Shown piece by piece: positions 1 to 8,724 of a stretch of 64,000 nt of DNA. The DNA comes from a virus. The position numbers and the translations under genes were made by a program. Where the stretch lies: the IMG/VR virus record IMGVR_UViG_3300042673_002246, one strand, 5' to 3'. Numbering within the stretch: the stretch's first letter is position 1; each line of letters begins with the position of its first letter. The notes below the pieces were generated by a model that searched no databases, was not told where the DNA came from, and was given only the letters and a program-made list of their open reading frames with translations.

Positions 1-192
1 AATTTTATGCTTTCTCCTGGTATTGCCATTAAGACGCGACAGGGCCTTATACTCAACAATCTTTTGACTGATTGCTCCACGCCCGCGAATAAAGTCAAAC
101 TTTGACTTAGTGTCCAAATCAGAAAGAATAACTCTCGTTACGATACGAGAAGTTGACTCCGGACAGCAGTATTCTGTATCGCTATTAACCAC
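1..192 (-). CDS. 5' part of a head-operon protein running off the left edge (MVNSDTEYCCPESTSRIVTRVILSDLDTKSK...IVEYKALSR...)
   Basis: Hand translation: GTG at 190-192 overlaps the stop of 185..829 by 8 bp; frame open to position 1; not in the ORF track. Confidence 0.7.
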   Translation of the reverse strand, partial: MVNSDTEYCCPESTSRIVTRVILSDLDTKSKFDFIRGRGAISQKIVEYKALSRLNGNTRRKHKI

Positions 193-829
193 AGCACTCC
201 TCATCGAGTGATTTCTTTTTTACAACACTCTTCGACACTGTGCTGCCTGTTTCGTCCTCGCCTTCAATCTCCCAGTTTTTATCTTCTCTCAAAAAGTCCA
301 TAAACTTTGGCTCCATTTCACAGAAGTCGCGCAAAACAAGAAACGCGTGCTTGTAGTCATCTTCAGTTACAACTTCAATTCCTTTTGATTCCTGTTGAAC
401 AAAGTCGTGAAAAAACACGTCGTCAAAAATTGCGTCTTTTTTTGCCCCTCTAACAAGATTTGCTGGCTTTGCGTTGCTTGCCAGCCTTCTGGCAAATTGT
501 GCATCAGTCCAGTTGGTCAGCTTGCGAATCTTCTTTTTGCAGTTCTTCATTCCTGGATGGTGGCATCCTTCATTTGGCCATAAACCAGTTGTTTCATGAT
601 GAAGCCATGCGCAAATATTGTTCAGCGGATACAGTTCTGGGTGATTCGCTAAAATCACTCTGCATCTCCTGAACCCGCCTGGTTTTTTCATGATTGGACG
701 CCAGTAGCGAAGTAGGCGCTCTAGGTTCCCTCGACGCGGTCCATATCCACGAAGAATATCGCCGGTGACAATCTCCTGAGGGAGTAGCCCTCCTAGTGGG
801 TCGGCTTTTATTTCGTCTTCGTTAGACAT
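185..829 (-). CDS. Head-associated protein with YW...GGFRRC...CAWLH...TGLWP domain
   Basis: Motif resembles a small domain I recall from actinophage capsid-maturation/head proteins; translationally coupled within the head operon. Confidence 0.55.
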   Translation of the reverse strand: MSNEDEIKADPLGGLLPQEIVTGDILRGYGPRRGNLERLLRYWRPIMKKPGGFRRCRVILANHPELYPLNNICAWLHHETTGLWPNEGCHHPGMKNCKKKIRKLTNWTDAQFARRLASNAKPANLVRGAKKDAIFDDVFFHDFVQQESKGIEVVTEDDYKHAFLVLRDFCEMEPKFMDFLREDKNWEIEGEDETGSTVSKSVVKKKSLDEECCG

Positions 830-1334
830 CGTTGTTATCCTCCAATTGGCGCAAAATATTCATTGCGTTCCAGGCGTCGTCGCGCTGTTGCAGCGATTTA
901 AATGAATAAATATCCCTCTCAGACTTTACCATTCCTCCGCAGCAACTAGTTTGAACTTGAACAACATCAGTCTTTGTGTTTAAAAACTCCTGAATGCGGT
1001 CAGATTTTTGTTTAAGCGATTTTTGTTTTTTACCCAATTTTGAAACAACATTTAGACCGTCAAGCATTTTTTTGTCTATTGGCTTAGTTTTTAAAATAAA
1101 TGTGTCGTACCATGAACCCTTGGTTGGATTTTGTGGTGAATCCCAAAGAAATCGTAAAAATCTTGACGAGCGGTTCTTTCTGACGCCGATTGCTTTTGCT
1201 GCAAAAGAGAAAAAGTACACGAATACGGCACTTCCGTCCGGACGAACAACTGCACCATCTTTGGAATTTTTATTCGCGTCGATTATGTAATAAATACGGT
1301 CTTGGCCTACTGAACCAGCCAATACAGCTTTCAT
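822..1334 (-). CDS. Hypothetical protein (head operon)
   Basis: 170-aa ORF overlapping both neighbours (4 and 8 bp). Confidence 0.7.
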   Translation of the reverse strand: MKAVLAGSVGQDRIYYIIDANKNSKDGAVVRPDGSAVFVYFFSFAAKAIGVRKNRSSRFLRFLWDSPQNPTKGSWYDTFILKTKPIDKKMLDGLNVVSKLGKKQKSLKQKSDRIQEFLNTKTDVVQVQTSCCGGMVKSERDIYSFKSLQQRDDAWNAMNILRQLEDNNDV

Positions 1335-4300
1335 AGCATTGCTCCGCTTCTAGTCACAAGGCTAGGACTTTTCTCTTTTCTCATCTCTTCAAGAAGCTTT
1401 TTGGCGTTTTCTGCAATCTCGCGCATTATTTTTTCCCTAAGGACTGTCTCTATGTCGTCGGAGCGCTTTGCTGCTGCACTATAGCTCCTGGCATCAAAAA
1501 GATTAATTCCTTCTGGGTGAGCTATCCCTACATTATCAAAACCAAGTTTTTTATATTCATCTTGTATTTTTTTTGCAGCTCTATAGTTTCTTAATTTTTG
1601 CATGCTTTGCGTATTCATTTTGCTTCCAGAGTTAATTGAGTAAAAATACTCAATCTCTTCTTGTGAGAATCCTGCCGAACGAAGCCGCTCAGCAATCGAG
1701 CGATTATTGACTACGTCAGAAATATCTTCTTTGCCAGAATTTTCAGATAGTCGGGAGAATGGGTAGTTGATTTTCTCAACTTCATCCTTATCAAAACCGC
1801 CAAGAATTTGTGCTTCGAATACATCCCTGTCCACCCCTTGACCCAAGCTGCCAGGAGTTGGGAATTTGCCATCTCTATCTCTTCCACTATTTACGGAAGA
1901 GAAATCATCCGACATGCCAGCACCGAGAAGATTTAACGTTGATACTAGATTTCTGCTTCTCGAACCTGGGCTGCTACCACCGATATAAGCATCAACGATG
2001 TCATCACGGTTCATTGAGTTTAATGCAACCGGTCTGTGGCCGGTGCTTAACGAATCACCCTTACCATATGCAACTCTGTTCGATACATTTGGCTTGAGTA
2101 CAACTTCTATGTCGCCGAATGCGGTAAGTCCATCACCGACAATATCTTCGTCCATGATTTCAAAATTTGCATCCATGTCAATATTGCCTGAATTGTTTTG
2201 CAATACTTGATTTTGTTTTGCCTTTTTATATGAATTGTGAACAAGATATCCACTTACTGGCCTCAATTCATTTGGAATATCAGAAGATAGACCGATTGAT
2301 GATTGATAGTCTTTGGCAAAATTAATTGCGGACATTCCGATTCTCTGCGAGGAAGTGGCGTCAGTATCTCCGTCCGACATTTTCCCTGTTAGGACCTGCC
2401 TGCGCGTCCTTGACAAAACCCCACGCGTACGATTGTTATTGCGTGTTTCTGAAACATTCTTCATAAATGCCCTAAACCCATCGGCAAATGAGTTTTGTAG
2501 TTTTTTTCTGTTACTCACTGGTTTTCTTGGTCCTGAGTAATCGCCAAGTTTTTCCATCGCGCGCATGGCTGTGTTTTTGTCTATCGCTCCACTTCTTTGG
2601 AGCTCCCTGACAGCGACAAGAGCCAGGTCTTGATTTCCAGCAGCAGCAATTTGGTTTGCCACCTTTGCTATATCTTCTGATGTCCCACCGTTTCCAAAGA
2701 CGCTCATTGCCGCAATCGCCTGGACCATGTCTCCGCGCTCGGATTTTTCTACTCCGGCTTTTGTTAGCGCGCTAACTGCTCTTGCATTTGCATTTCTATC
2801 GTTTCTAGCTCGGTTCGCGGCACTTGTCATGTCTCTTCCAGAGCTGAACCATGTCCTTCGCGCAGCTGCCCTACCTGTGATTTCATCAGAATCGTCTGGT
2901 AGGACTATTCTGCGATTGGAACGCAACGACTGTCTTGTGGTGACTGCTTTTTTGTAGTCCGGACGTGCTGTGTATCCGACGGCACCAACCTTGATGAAGT
3001 CACCTCGCTCATAGAGCTCGTCGGCCATGTCTGAAATATTCGTCTTTAGGTCTTCTGCAACTTTCGCAATTTCCGAGTCGCTGATTTCAGCAATATCTCC
3101 CTTTTGCCAAGCATTTTCTGCACCAAGTCTTGCTTCTTTGATTCCATATACTTCCTGAAAAGCTCTGCCAAGTGTAAGGCCCTCAACGATGTCGGTTTGC
3201 ACTTCGTTAACATTTAGTGGAACCTGCAATTCATCACCTAAGCCAAGATTCGCTACGTTTATTCCTGCCCATCTGTGATGTCCATCCAAAATGTATTTAT
3301 CCATTGTTGCGAGTATCGGCGAACTGAACCACTGCTTATTGATTTCTTCAAGGAAGCGCCGTCTGAACTCATCGGACTTTCTATCAAGACCTTCTTGCTC
3401 TAGTTGGTCTGCGATTTCAAGTGCTTTTTTGGTTATTCCATCTGCCATGCCAGACACCTTTGATGCGACAAGCTGCTGCTGCGACGGAGCATACTCGTTT
3501 GCGGGGACTGTTTTTTTACGTACGGATGGACCAGTAGACGGGTCTTCTGGTGTAAGTGTTTCATTTAGGAATTGAATGAATTCACCCTCAAGATTCACCT
3601 CGGTGTTATTCCAATCCGTGTTCGAGTAGAACCAATTAAGTTCATCCTCTGACATTGGGTTCGATGATGGTTTGTTTTTCATTGGATGACGTTTTTTTAG
3701 GGATGCGTATCTTTCACTATCCTCAGTAGACAGTCCAGATGCAGGTTCCCATTTCCCATCGGCTTTACCATTTTTTAACATCCGTATGGCAATTGTGTTT
3801 GCGCCTTTTGTTCTTCCGTTTGTCTGGGGCATCTTTTCTCTATCTATGCCGATATGGCCAGAACACAGCAGATTTTGCATTGCATCATAAAGCCCACATA
3901 GGTCAGCCTGGTAGCTGTCGACATAGTCTTTTTTCATTTTGTTTACAAAATCTTTTGATGAGATATCGATGCCTGGATTGTTTGAAAGCACATCAGCTTC
4001 GTATGCTTTCTTGAAGTTCAACCATCTTTCGTTATTCTGCTCAATATGGGTCAAGGCGCTTTTCTGCACTGCCTTCTCTAGCTTTGCCTGAGCGCTAGCG
4101 GTAAGTGTTAGGTCTGCATCTTTTACAATCACGTGATGGCCGAGTGACATAAGCGCCAACGCTGTCGGTACGTCTTCGGCAATGTATGTATTTCTGTGAT
4201 TTGCGCTAATTGCCTTCCTTGTTGAGCGGACCAGTGATTTACCAAAAACCTTTGATATCTCGTCAGTAGTCATGTCATCGACGTTTTTTCCACCAGCAAC

Positions 4301-7300
4301 AACTTTGTCGAAAATGTCTGCCGCTTTTGCGGCTACCTCATCTTCCAGTTTCGCCCTACTTTCTAATTCCTCTACCGAGCTGATACGTCCACTAGACAGA
4401 CGTCCGCGCCTGTCGTTTGGTGCCATTCTTGAAAGTCGTTCTGTTCTTCTTGAGGTGGATGGAGCACCAGGACGAACTCCGCCAGAACGAACAACCCCAT
4501 TTTCCGACAACGAACTAATATCTTCGTCACGCATTCTCACTCGAACTCGTCTGTCGAAAGAACTGTGCATTTTAAATGCAGCATTTTCAATCAACTGTGC
4601 TATCTGTTCATCTGAGTACCTTCGAAGAGCTTCTGCAACATTTGAGTCGAGCATGTCTGATGCAATGTCGTCATACTCTTTTGAACCATTACCATTGAGG
4701 ATTGAGCGCAGCTCACGCATATCAGACGAAAGCTGCTTTCTCCGCGAAGACCGTCTTTCCTCTCTGGAGAGAGTTGGTCCAAAATGTGTAGACCCAGAAG
4801 AAAGTCGTCTTGATGGGGCTTCGCCGAAGGTTGACCCAAAATCTGCAACTGAATCAATTATCTCAGCGCTTGTCTCGTCTATATCTGCAGATTCTCTTTC
4901 TGTTGAGTCTGGCCTCGATATGCCGAGTTTGCTTCTTCTTATTATTTCTTTATCGGCAACTTCTCTAATTTTCTTAGAGTTTCCCTGTCGCCATATGGCG
5001 TCATCGGTTCCAGAGCTGATTCCGTCAACAAGGGCATCAAGTACATCAACGGTGTCTTTCTGTCTTACAATTTCAGCTCTTATCGTTCCATCTTTGTCGC
5101 GACTAATGATTCTCAGTTTCCCTGGAGGTGCGACGAACTTTTGCTCATCATCTTTTTCGGCATTTGGAAAGACTCCGCGATTTCCTTCTGCAACACTAAT
5201 GATTATTTTCCTCTTTACGCGGCCCGTTTCCTTATCTGTCCCCCGAGGTGATGATGTCGGTTTAGAGCGAGATGTGAGTACACGTCCAGAAATGAAATTA
5301 TCTACATTTATTTCATCCCCAACCTTTTTCCCCTTTACTTCTACTGCTGGGAAGTCGGATACAACCTCAAATTCAAATGGCGAATCTATCGACGACGAAT
5401 CAATTGCTTCCATTGTTGGGATGAGTATGTTGCGCACCTGTTCAGACAGCGAACCCTCGTCCTTGCGCCTCGGGTCTACGGCAAGGCCAAGACGGTTGAG
5501 GCGAGCATTTCTTGCATTCATCGCCCTACCTACAACAGTTTGCTTTTCCGGAGTTAACATCTGCGCTATTTCTGGGGCTACGAAATCATCCATCTCTCGG
5601 ATTGCAGCAGCTTGTTCTTTGGTTATCTTTCGACGCAGGCGCGCTTTCTCTCGTTTCGCATTGTCTATAGCTTCTTTTTGCGATTTAAATTTCTTTATTT
5701 TCTTAGGTTTTGGTTTGAGTAATTCATCTACCTTGCCATTAAACTCCCTACCGGCCCTTGCTGTTGCACGCGAATCACCACTCTCTGCAATTCGTGAAAT
5801 GTATTCAGAACGGAGAATTGAGCGCTCCTCCATTAATTCTTGAACTTCCGGGTCGTCTTCTAGCCTGTCTTTAACCAGGACGTCAATATCAGCGGCACGG
5901 CGAATCAGTTGATTTTCTGATTTTGTTTTTGCTGAAGATGTTATGTCATCAATTCTTTTTGCTTTAGCAAATGCTTTTATTTCTTCGTCATCCACCATTC
6001 CTGCATCACGTCTTGTTTTTTCGACTACCCTGTCGAATCTCGATGCCTCACCCTTTGCTCCAACTCCGAATTTTTTCCTCCACTCAGAACGCGAATCAGA
6101 GTACATTTTCTCGTAGTAGTCAAGTATTTTTTGACCTTCTTCAATTTTCTTGCTGAGGTCAGCCACTTTCTCTGTTCGCTCTGTTATTGATTCCTCTGTT
6201 GCATCTTCTGGTAGTTCAGAAAGCCCATTGAGCTCATTCGTAAAATTATCCAGTTGTGCGCGTATGTCTCTTCTTTGGGCATCAACCAGTGCAGCTTGTT
6301 GGAACATCTCTTCTTCATCGAGTTCCGAATAGAATTTTTTAAATTCTTTAAGTTTTTCCCGTCTTTCCTCTATTGTTCGTTTTTCAATGTCTCCGGACAT
6401 TTCATCGATTTCTTCATCGGAAAGGCGGTCTGCAGAAGAGCTGGAAGTCGGCCTGAATGTAGTACTTTCCAGTATTGCTCGTTCTTCTGCATCAATATCT
6501 GCGCGCTCGGCAGAAAGCCTGCTTCGCTCAACGTCATCCATCCACTCCAATGCTGCGTCTACGTCATCTCCGAAAATAAGTCCCTGTTCGCGTAGTGCAT
6601 GTAGTTCTGCACCAACCTCAAGACCCCATATTTCGCTGCCTTCTGTATATTCGGTTGGGTACTTGCCAGCAAGAAATGCAGCCACTTCACTGCGCTTTAA
6701 TGCATCTGACATATTTTTCAGGTCCAAGCCATCATTGGAATCCATCATCAAATCCATAACATCACCGCTTGTTAGATTTGTCAACAATCCTCCACGCTCT
6801 TCATCGAAATCAACAGTGACAATACGGTTTCCGACAAACGTCATCGCACCAGTTCTCTTGTCTTGTTTGTACTGAGGGATTTCAATTTTTCCGCCGTTAT
6901 CGATAGCTTTGCGAAGAATTTTTTGAATGAATGCCTGGCTTTGAATTCCGTGTGAAAACTCATGAAAAGCAATATGTTTAGTAAATGACCTCGGCCCGTC
7001 TACAAGCCCTGCCATGTGGCGTGCTGCATATTCGGAATTTATTAAGAAGTCTGCTACTGCGCTCTTCGCCTCTGAGTCACTGACAACCCCAACAGCAGAT
7101 ACGGCAAGTCGTTCATCTGCACGCATGTCTGGCAGCATCGATTCCTGGTTTGTCATGATGCGCTCTAGGTTTACGTGCATTACTCCACGTATTCCACCAG
7201 CACCTGGCCTCATGCTTCCGTGAACCGCAGTTCCTGCTTCGTCATTAGTGAAGAAATTGTATTCAATTCGGTCGAAAAATTTAGCGGTTCCTGGTTTTGT

Positions 7301-8707
7301 TTTGTACAGATGCAAAGCTGTTTCAAAATATGCTCGCTCTGTTTCGTAATATCTCTTAATGTCAGCTTCAATTAAGCGCTCTTGTTCTGGCTTGGTCAGC
7401 GCTTTCCAGTTAGCCACCTTCTGCAGGCGGGCTGTTATGTACCTGCGAACCTCGTCTGGTCTCATTCTGGACATATCGCCCATTCCAGAAACATTCGATA
7501 CGTTTAGGTCCCAACCATCTCTGCCGCCCGTTGCGACGAACAGCTCATTTAGCTTTTCTACTGCCTCGAATACGTCGGCATTTACTGCTCGTGCAGCATC
7601 GCTTCTGTCAACACCCAATTCGCTATACAGTTGCGAAACGCTTTCATCGAACTTGATAGCCGCATCCTGGGCATTTATCAGTCCGTTTCTAAAAAGTCGC
7701 TGACCTGGCTCAACGTCAACCGTACGCCAATCTGGGGAATCTAGTCTTTCTCCAGTTATCTCGTCGTAATACGGGCTTCTTGCCATTCTGACCGGAGCCC
7801 ACGGAACATTTGAATCCCACTCATTGTTTTTTATAAAGTTAAGTAGTGTTCTTACTCCGTTTGTAAAACCACCAAGCTCCCCTGATTCCTGCATCTCTTT
7901 TGCCTTACGCGCAGCAAAGCGAGAGAATCTCGACGCGCTAAAACCAAAACAGTTGGTTCCGAACATGTCCGTAAATTGGTTTGCAGCAGGGGTTCCCGGA
8001 GGGCATCTGAATTTGTTTAGCTCGTCACGGACTACGCCGAATCGAGCAGCAGCTCGCGCAATGAGATTTCCACCAGGAACACGAGAAGAGAGAGGTCTGC
8101 CAGGGAGGCGTTTTTTTTCTAGTCCGTTTTCTTTTTCTGTTAGTTCACGTAGTTTGGCTCGTCGCTCATCGAATGACATGCCTGCAGTAATAGAGAATCC
8201 ATCTATTTCTTCTGCCGATTCCTGGATTACATCATCTGTTTTTGCATTTACTTTAAATTTTGTAAGTTTTATTTGCGGTTTGCGATTAAGCTCAAAAAGC
8301 ATTTCGTCGAGATTTTTGAAATTCCCAGTTGTCGGCTCAATCCACCCAATGTTTGGCATGGTGTCCATGCCATTTTTGCTTTCGTATGATGGACTAAGTA
8401 CAAACCTTTTTCCTGGCTCCCACTTCGCTGCAGTTTCCCATCTGTGACCAAATTCGTCGGACTGAACGCCAGGTCTAGTGTCTCCAGTGAATTCACGTTT
8501 CTTATTGTCGGTATCTTCGTATGTTTGGCGATTTTCGCCAAGAGCTTTTACTGCGATATCGGCAATAAGTCTTTCCTGTTTGGCTGATTCAATAACTGAA
8601 GCCTTGAAAGTAAGAGCCTTTTTATCAACGTCACCAATAGTGCGCGCAGGCGCCAGCATGCGACGCGATACAACTACTCGTTCCTTGTCGGTGAAATCAC
8701 CCGTCAT
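1331..8707 (-). CDS. Giant polyvalent head protein: zincin metallopeptidase, degenerate VIP2-like ART, ParB/Srx domain, DUF3626-like domain
   Basis: FRCPPGTPAANQFTD (~7966-8012); HEFSH...EVGAE (~6950); ART-like VGDEINVDNFISG...VAEGNRG...DEQKFVAPPG (~5090-5350); GIDREKMPQ...PSQ...PILATMDKYILDGHHRW (~3270-3850); RPVSGY...FGDIEVVLK...GDSL...FEAQILGG (~1800-2310). Confidence 0.8.
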   Translation of the reverse strand: MTGDFTDKERVVVSRRMLAPARTIGDVDKKALTFKASVIESAKQERLIADIAVKALGENRQTYEDTDNKKREFTGDTRPGVQSDEFGHRWETAAKWEPGKRFVLSPSYESKNGMDTMPNIGWIEPTTGNFKNLDEMLFELNRKPQIKLTKFKVNAKTDDVIQESAEEIDGFSITAGMSFDERRAKLRELTEKENGLEKKRLPGRPLSSRVPGGNLIARAAARFGVVRDELNKFRCPPGTPAANQFTDMFGTNCFGFSASRFSRFAARKAKEMQESGELGGFTNGVRTLLNFIKNNEWDSNVPWAPVRMARSPYYDEITGERLDSPDWRTVDVEPGQRLFRNGLINAQDAAIKFDESVSQLYSELGVDRSDAARAVNADVFEAVEKLNELFVATGGRDGWDLNVSNVSGMGDMSRMRPDEVRRYITARLQKVANWKALTKPEQERLIEADIKRYYETERAYFETALHLYKTKPGTAKFFDRIEYNFFTNDEAGTAVHGSMRPGAGGIRGVMHVNLERIMTNQESMLPDMRADERLAVSAVGVVSDSEAKSAVADFLINSEYAARHMAGLVDGPRSFTKHIAFHEFSHGIQSQAFIQKILRKAIDNGGKIEIPQYKQDKRTGAMTFVGNRIVTVDFDEERGGLLTNLTSGDVMDLMMDSNDGLDLKNMSDALKRSEVAAFLAGKYPTEYTEGSEIWGLEVGAELHALREQGLIFGDDVDAALEWMDDVERSRLSAERADIDAEERAILESTTFRPTSSSSADRLSDEEIDEMSGDIEKRTIEERREKLKEFKKFYSELDEEEMFQQAALVDAQRRDIRAQLDNFTNELNGLSELPEDATEESITERTEKVADLSKKIEEGQKILDYYEKMYSDSRSEWRKKFGVGAKGEASRFDRVVEKTRRDAGMVDDEEIKAFAKAKRIDDITSSAKTKSENQLIRRAADIDVLVKDRLEDDPEVQELMEERSILRSEYISRIAESGDSRATARAGREFNGKVDELLKPKPKKIKKFKSQKEAIDNAKREKARLRRKITKEQAAAIREMDDFVAPEIAQMLTPEKQTVVGRAMNARNARLNRLGLAVDPRRKDEGSLSEQVRNILIPTMEAIDSSSIDSPFEFEVVSDFPAVEVKGKKVGDEINVDNFISGRVLTSRSKPTSSPRGTDKETGRVKRKIIISVAEGNRGVFPNAEKDDEQKFVAPPGKLRIISRDKDGTIRAEIVRQKDTVDVLDALVDGISSGTDDAIWRQGNSKKIREVADKEIIRRSKLGISRPDSTERESADIDETSAEIIDSVADFGSTFGEAPSRRLSSGSTHFGPTLSREERRSSRRKQLSSDMRELRSILNGNGSKEYDDIASDMLDSNVAEALRRYSDEQIAQLIENAAFKMHSSFDRRVRVRMRDEDISSLSENGVVRSGGVRPGAPSTSRRTERLSRMAPNDRRGRLSSGRISSVEELESRAKLEDEVAAKAADIFDKVVAGGKNVDDMTTDEISKVFGKSLVRSTRKAISANHRNTYIAEDVPTALALMSLGHHVIVKDADLTLTASAQAKLEKAVQKSALTHIEQNNERWLNFKKAYEADVLSNNPGIDISSKDFVNKMKKDYVDSYQADLCGLYDAMQNLLCSGHIGIDREKMPQTNGRTKGANTIAIRMLKNGKADGKWEPASGLSTEDSERYASLKKRHPMKNKPSSNPMSEDELNWFYSNTDWNNTEVNLEGEFIQFLNETLTPEDPSTGPSVRKKTVPANEYAPSQQQLVASKVSGMADGITKKALEIADQLEQEGLDRKSDEFRRRFLEEINKQWFSSPILATMDKYILDGHHRWAGINVANLGLGDELQVPLNVNEVQTDIVEGLTLGRAFQEVYGIKEARLGAENAWQKGDIAEISDSEIAKVAEDLKTNISDMADELYERGDFIKVGAVGYTARPDYKKAVTTRQSLRSNRRIVLPDDSDEITGRAAARRTWFSSGRDMTSAANRARNDRNANARAVSALTKAGVEKSERGDMVQAIAAMSVFGNGGTSEDIAKVANQIAAAGNQDLALVAVRELQRSGAIDKNTAMRAMEKLGDYSGPRKPVSNRKKLQNSFADGFRAFMKNVSETRNNNRTRGVLSRTRRQVLTGKMSDGDTDATSSQRIGMSAINFAKDYQSSIGLSSDIPNELRPVSGYLVHNSYKKAKQNQVLQNNSGNIDMDANFEIMDEDIVGDGLTAFGDIEVVLKPNVSNRVAYGKGDSLSTGHRPVALNSMNRDDIVDAYIGGSSPGSRSRNLVSTLNLLGAGMSDDFSSVNSGRDRDGKFPTPGSLGQGVDRDVFEAQILGGFDKDEVEKINYPFSRLSENSGKEDISDVVNNRSIAERLRSAGFSQEEIEYFYSINSGSKMNTQSMQKLRNYRAAKKIQDEYKKLGFDNVGIAHPEGINLFDARSYSAAAKRSDDIETVLREKIMREIAENAKKLLEEMRKEKSPSLVTRSGAML

Positions 8708-8724
8708 TGCGGGTTGCCTTTTTG

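Noticed and set aside
4272-5843. Long antisense ORFs (523 aa here; also 9593..10342, 37880..39214 and many smaller)
   Set aside because: Ser/Phe-rich mirror images of well-supported genes on the other strand; no motifs or RBS
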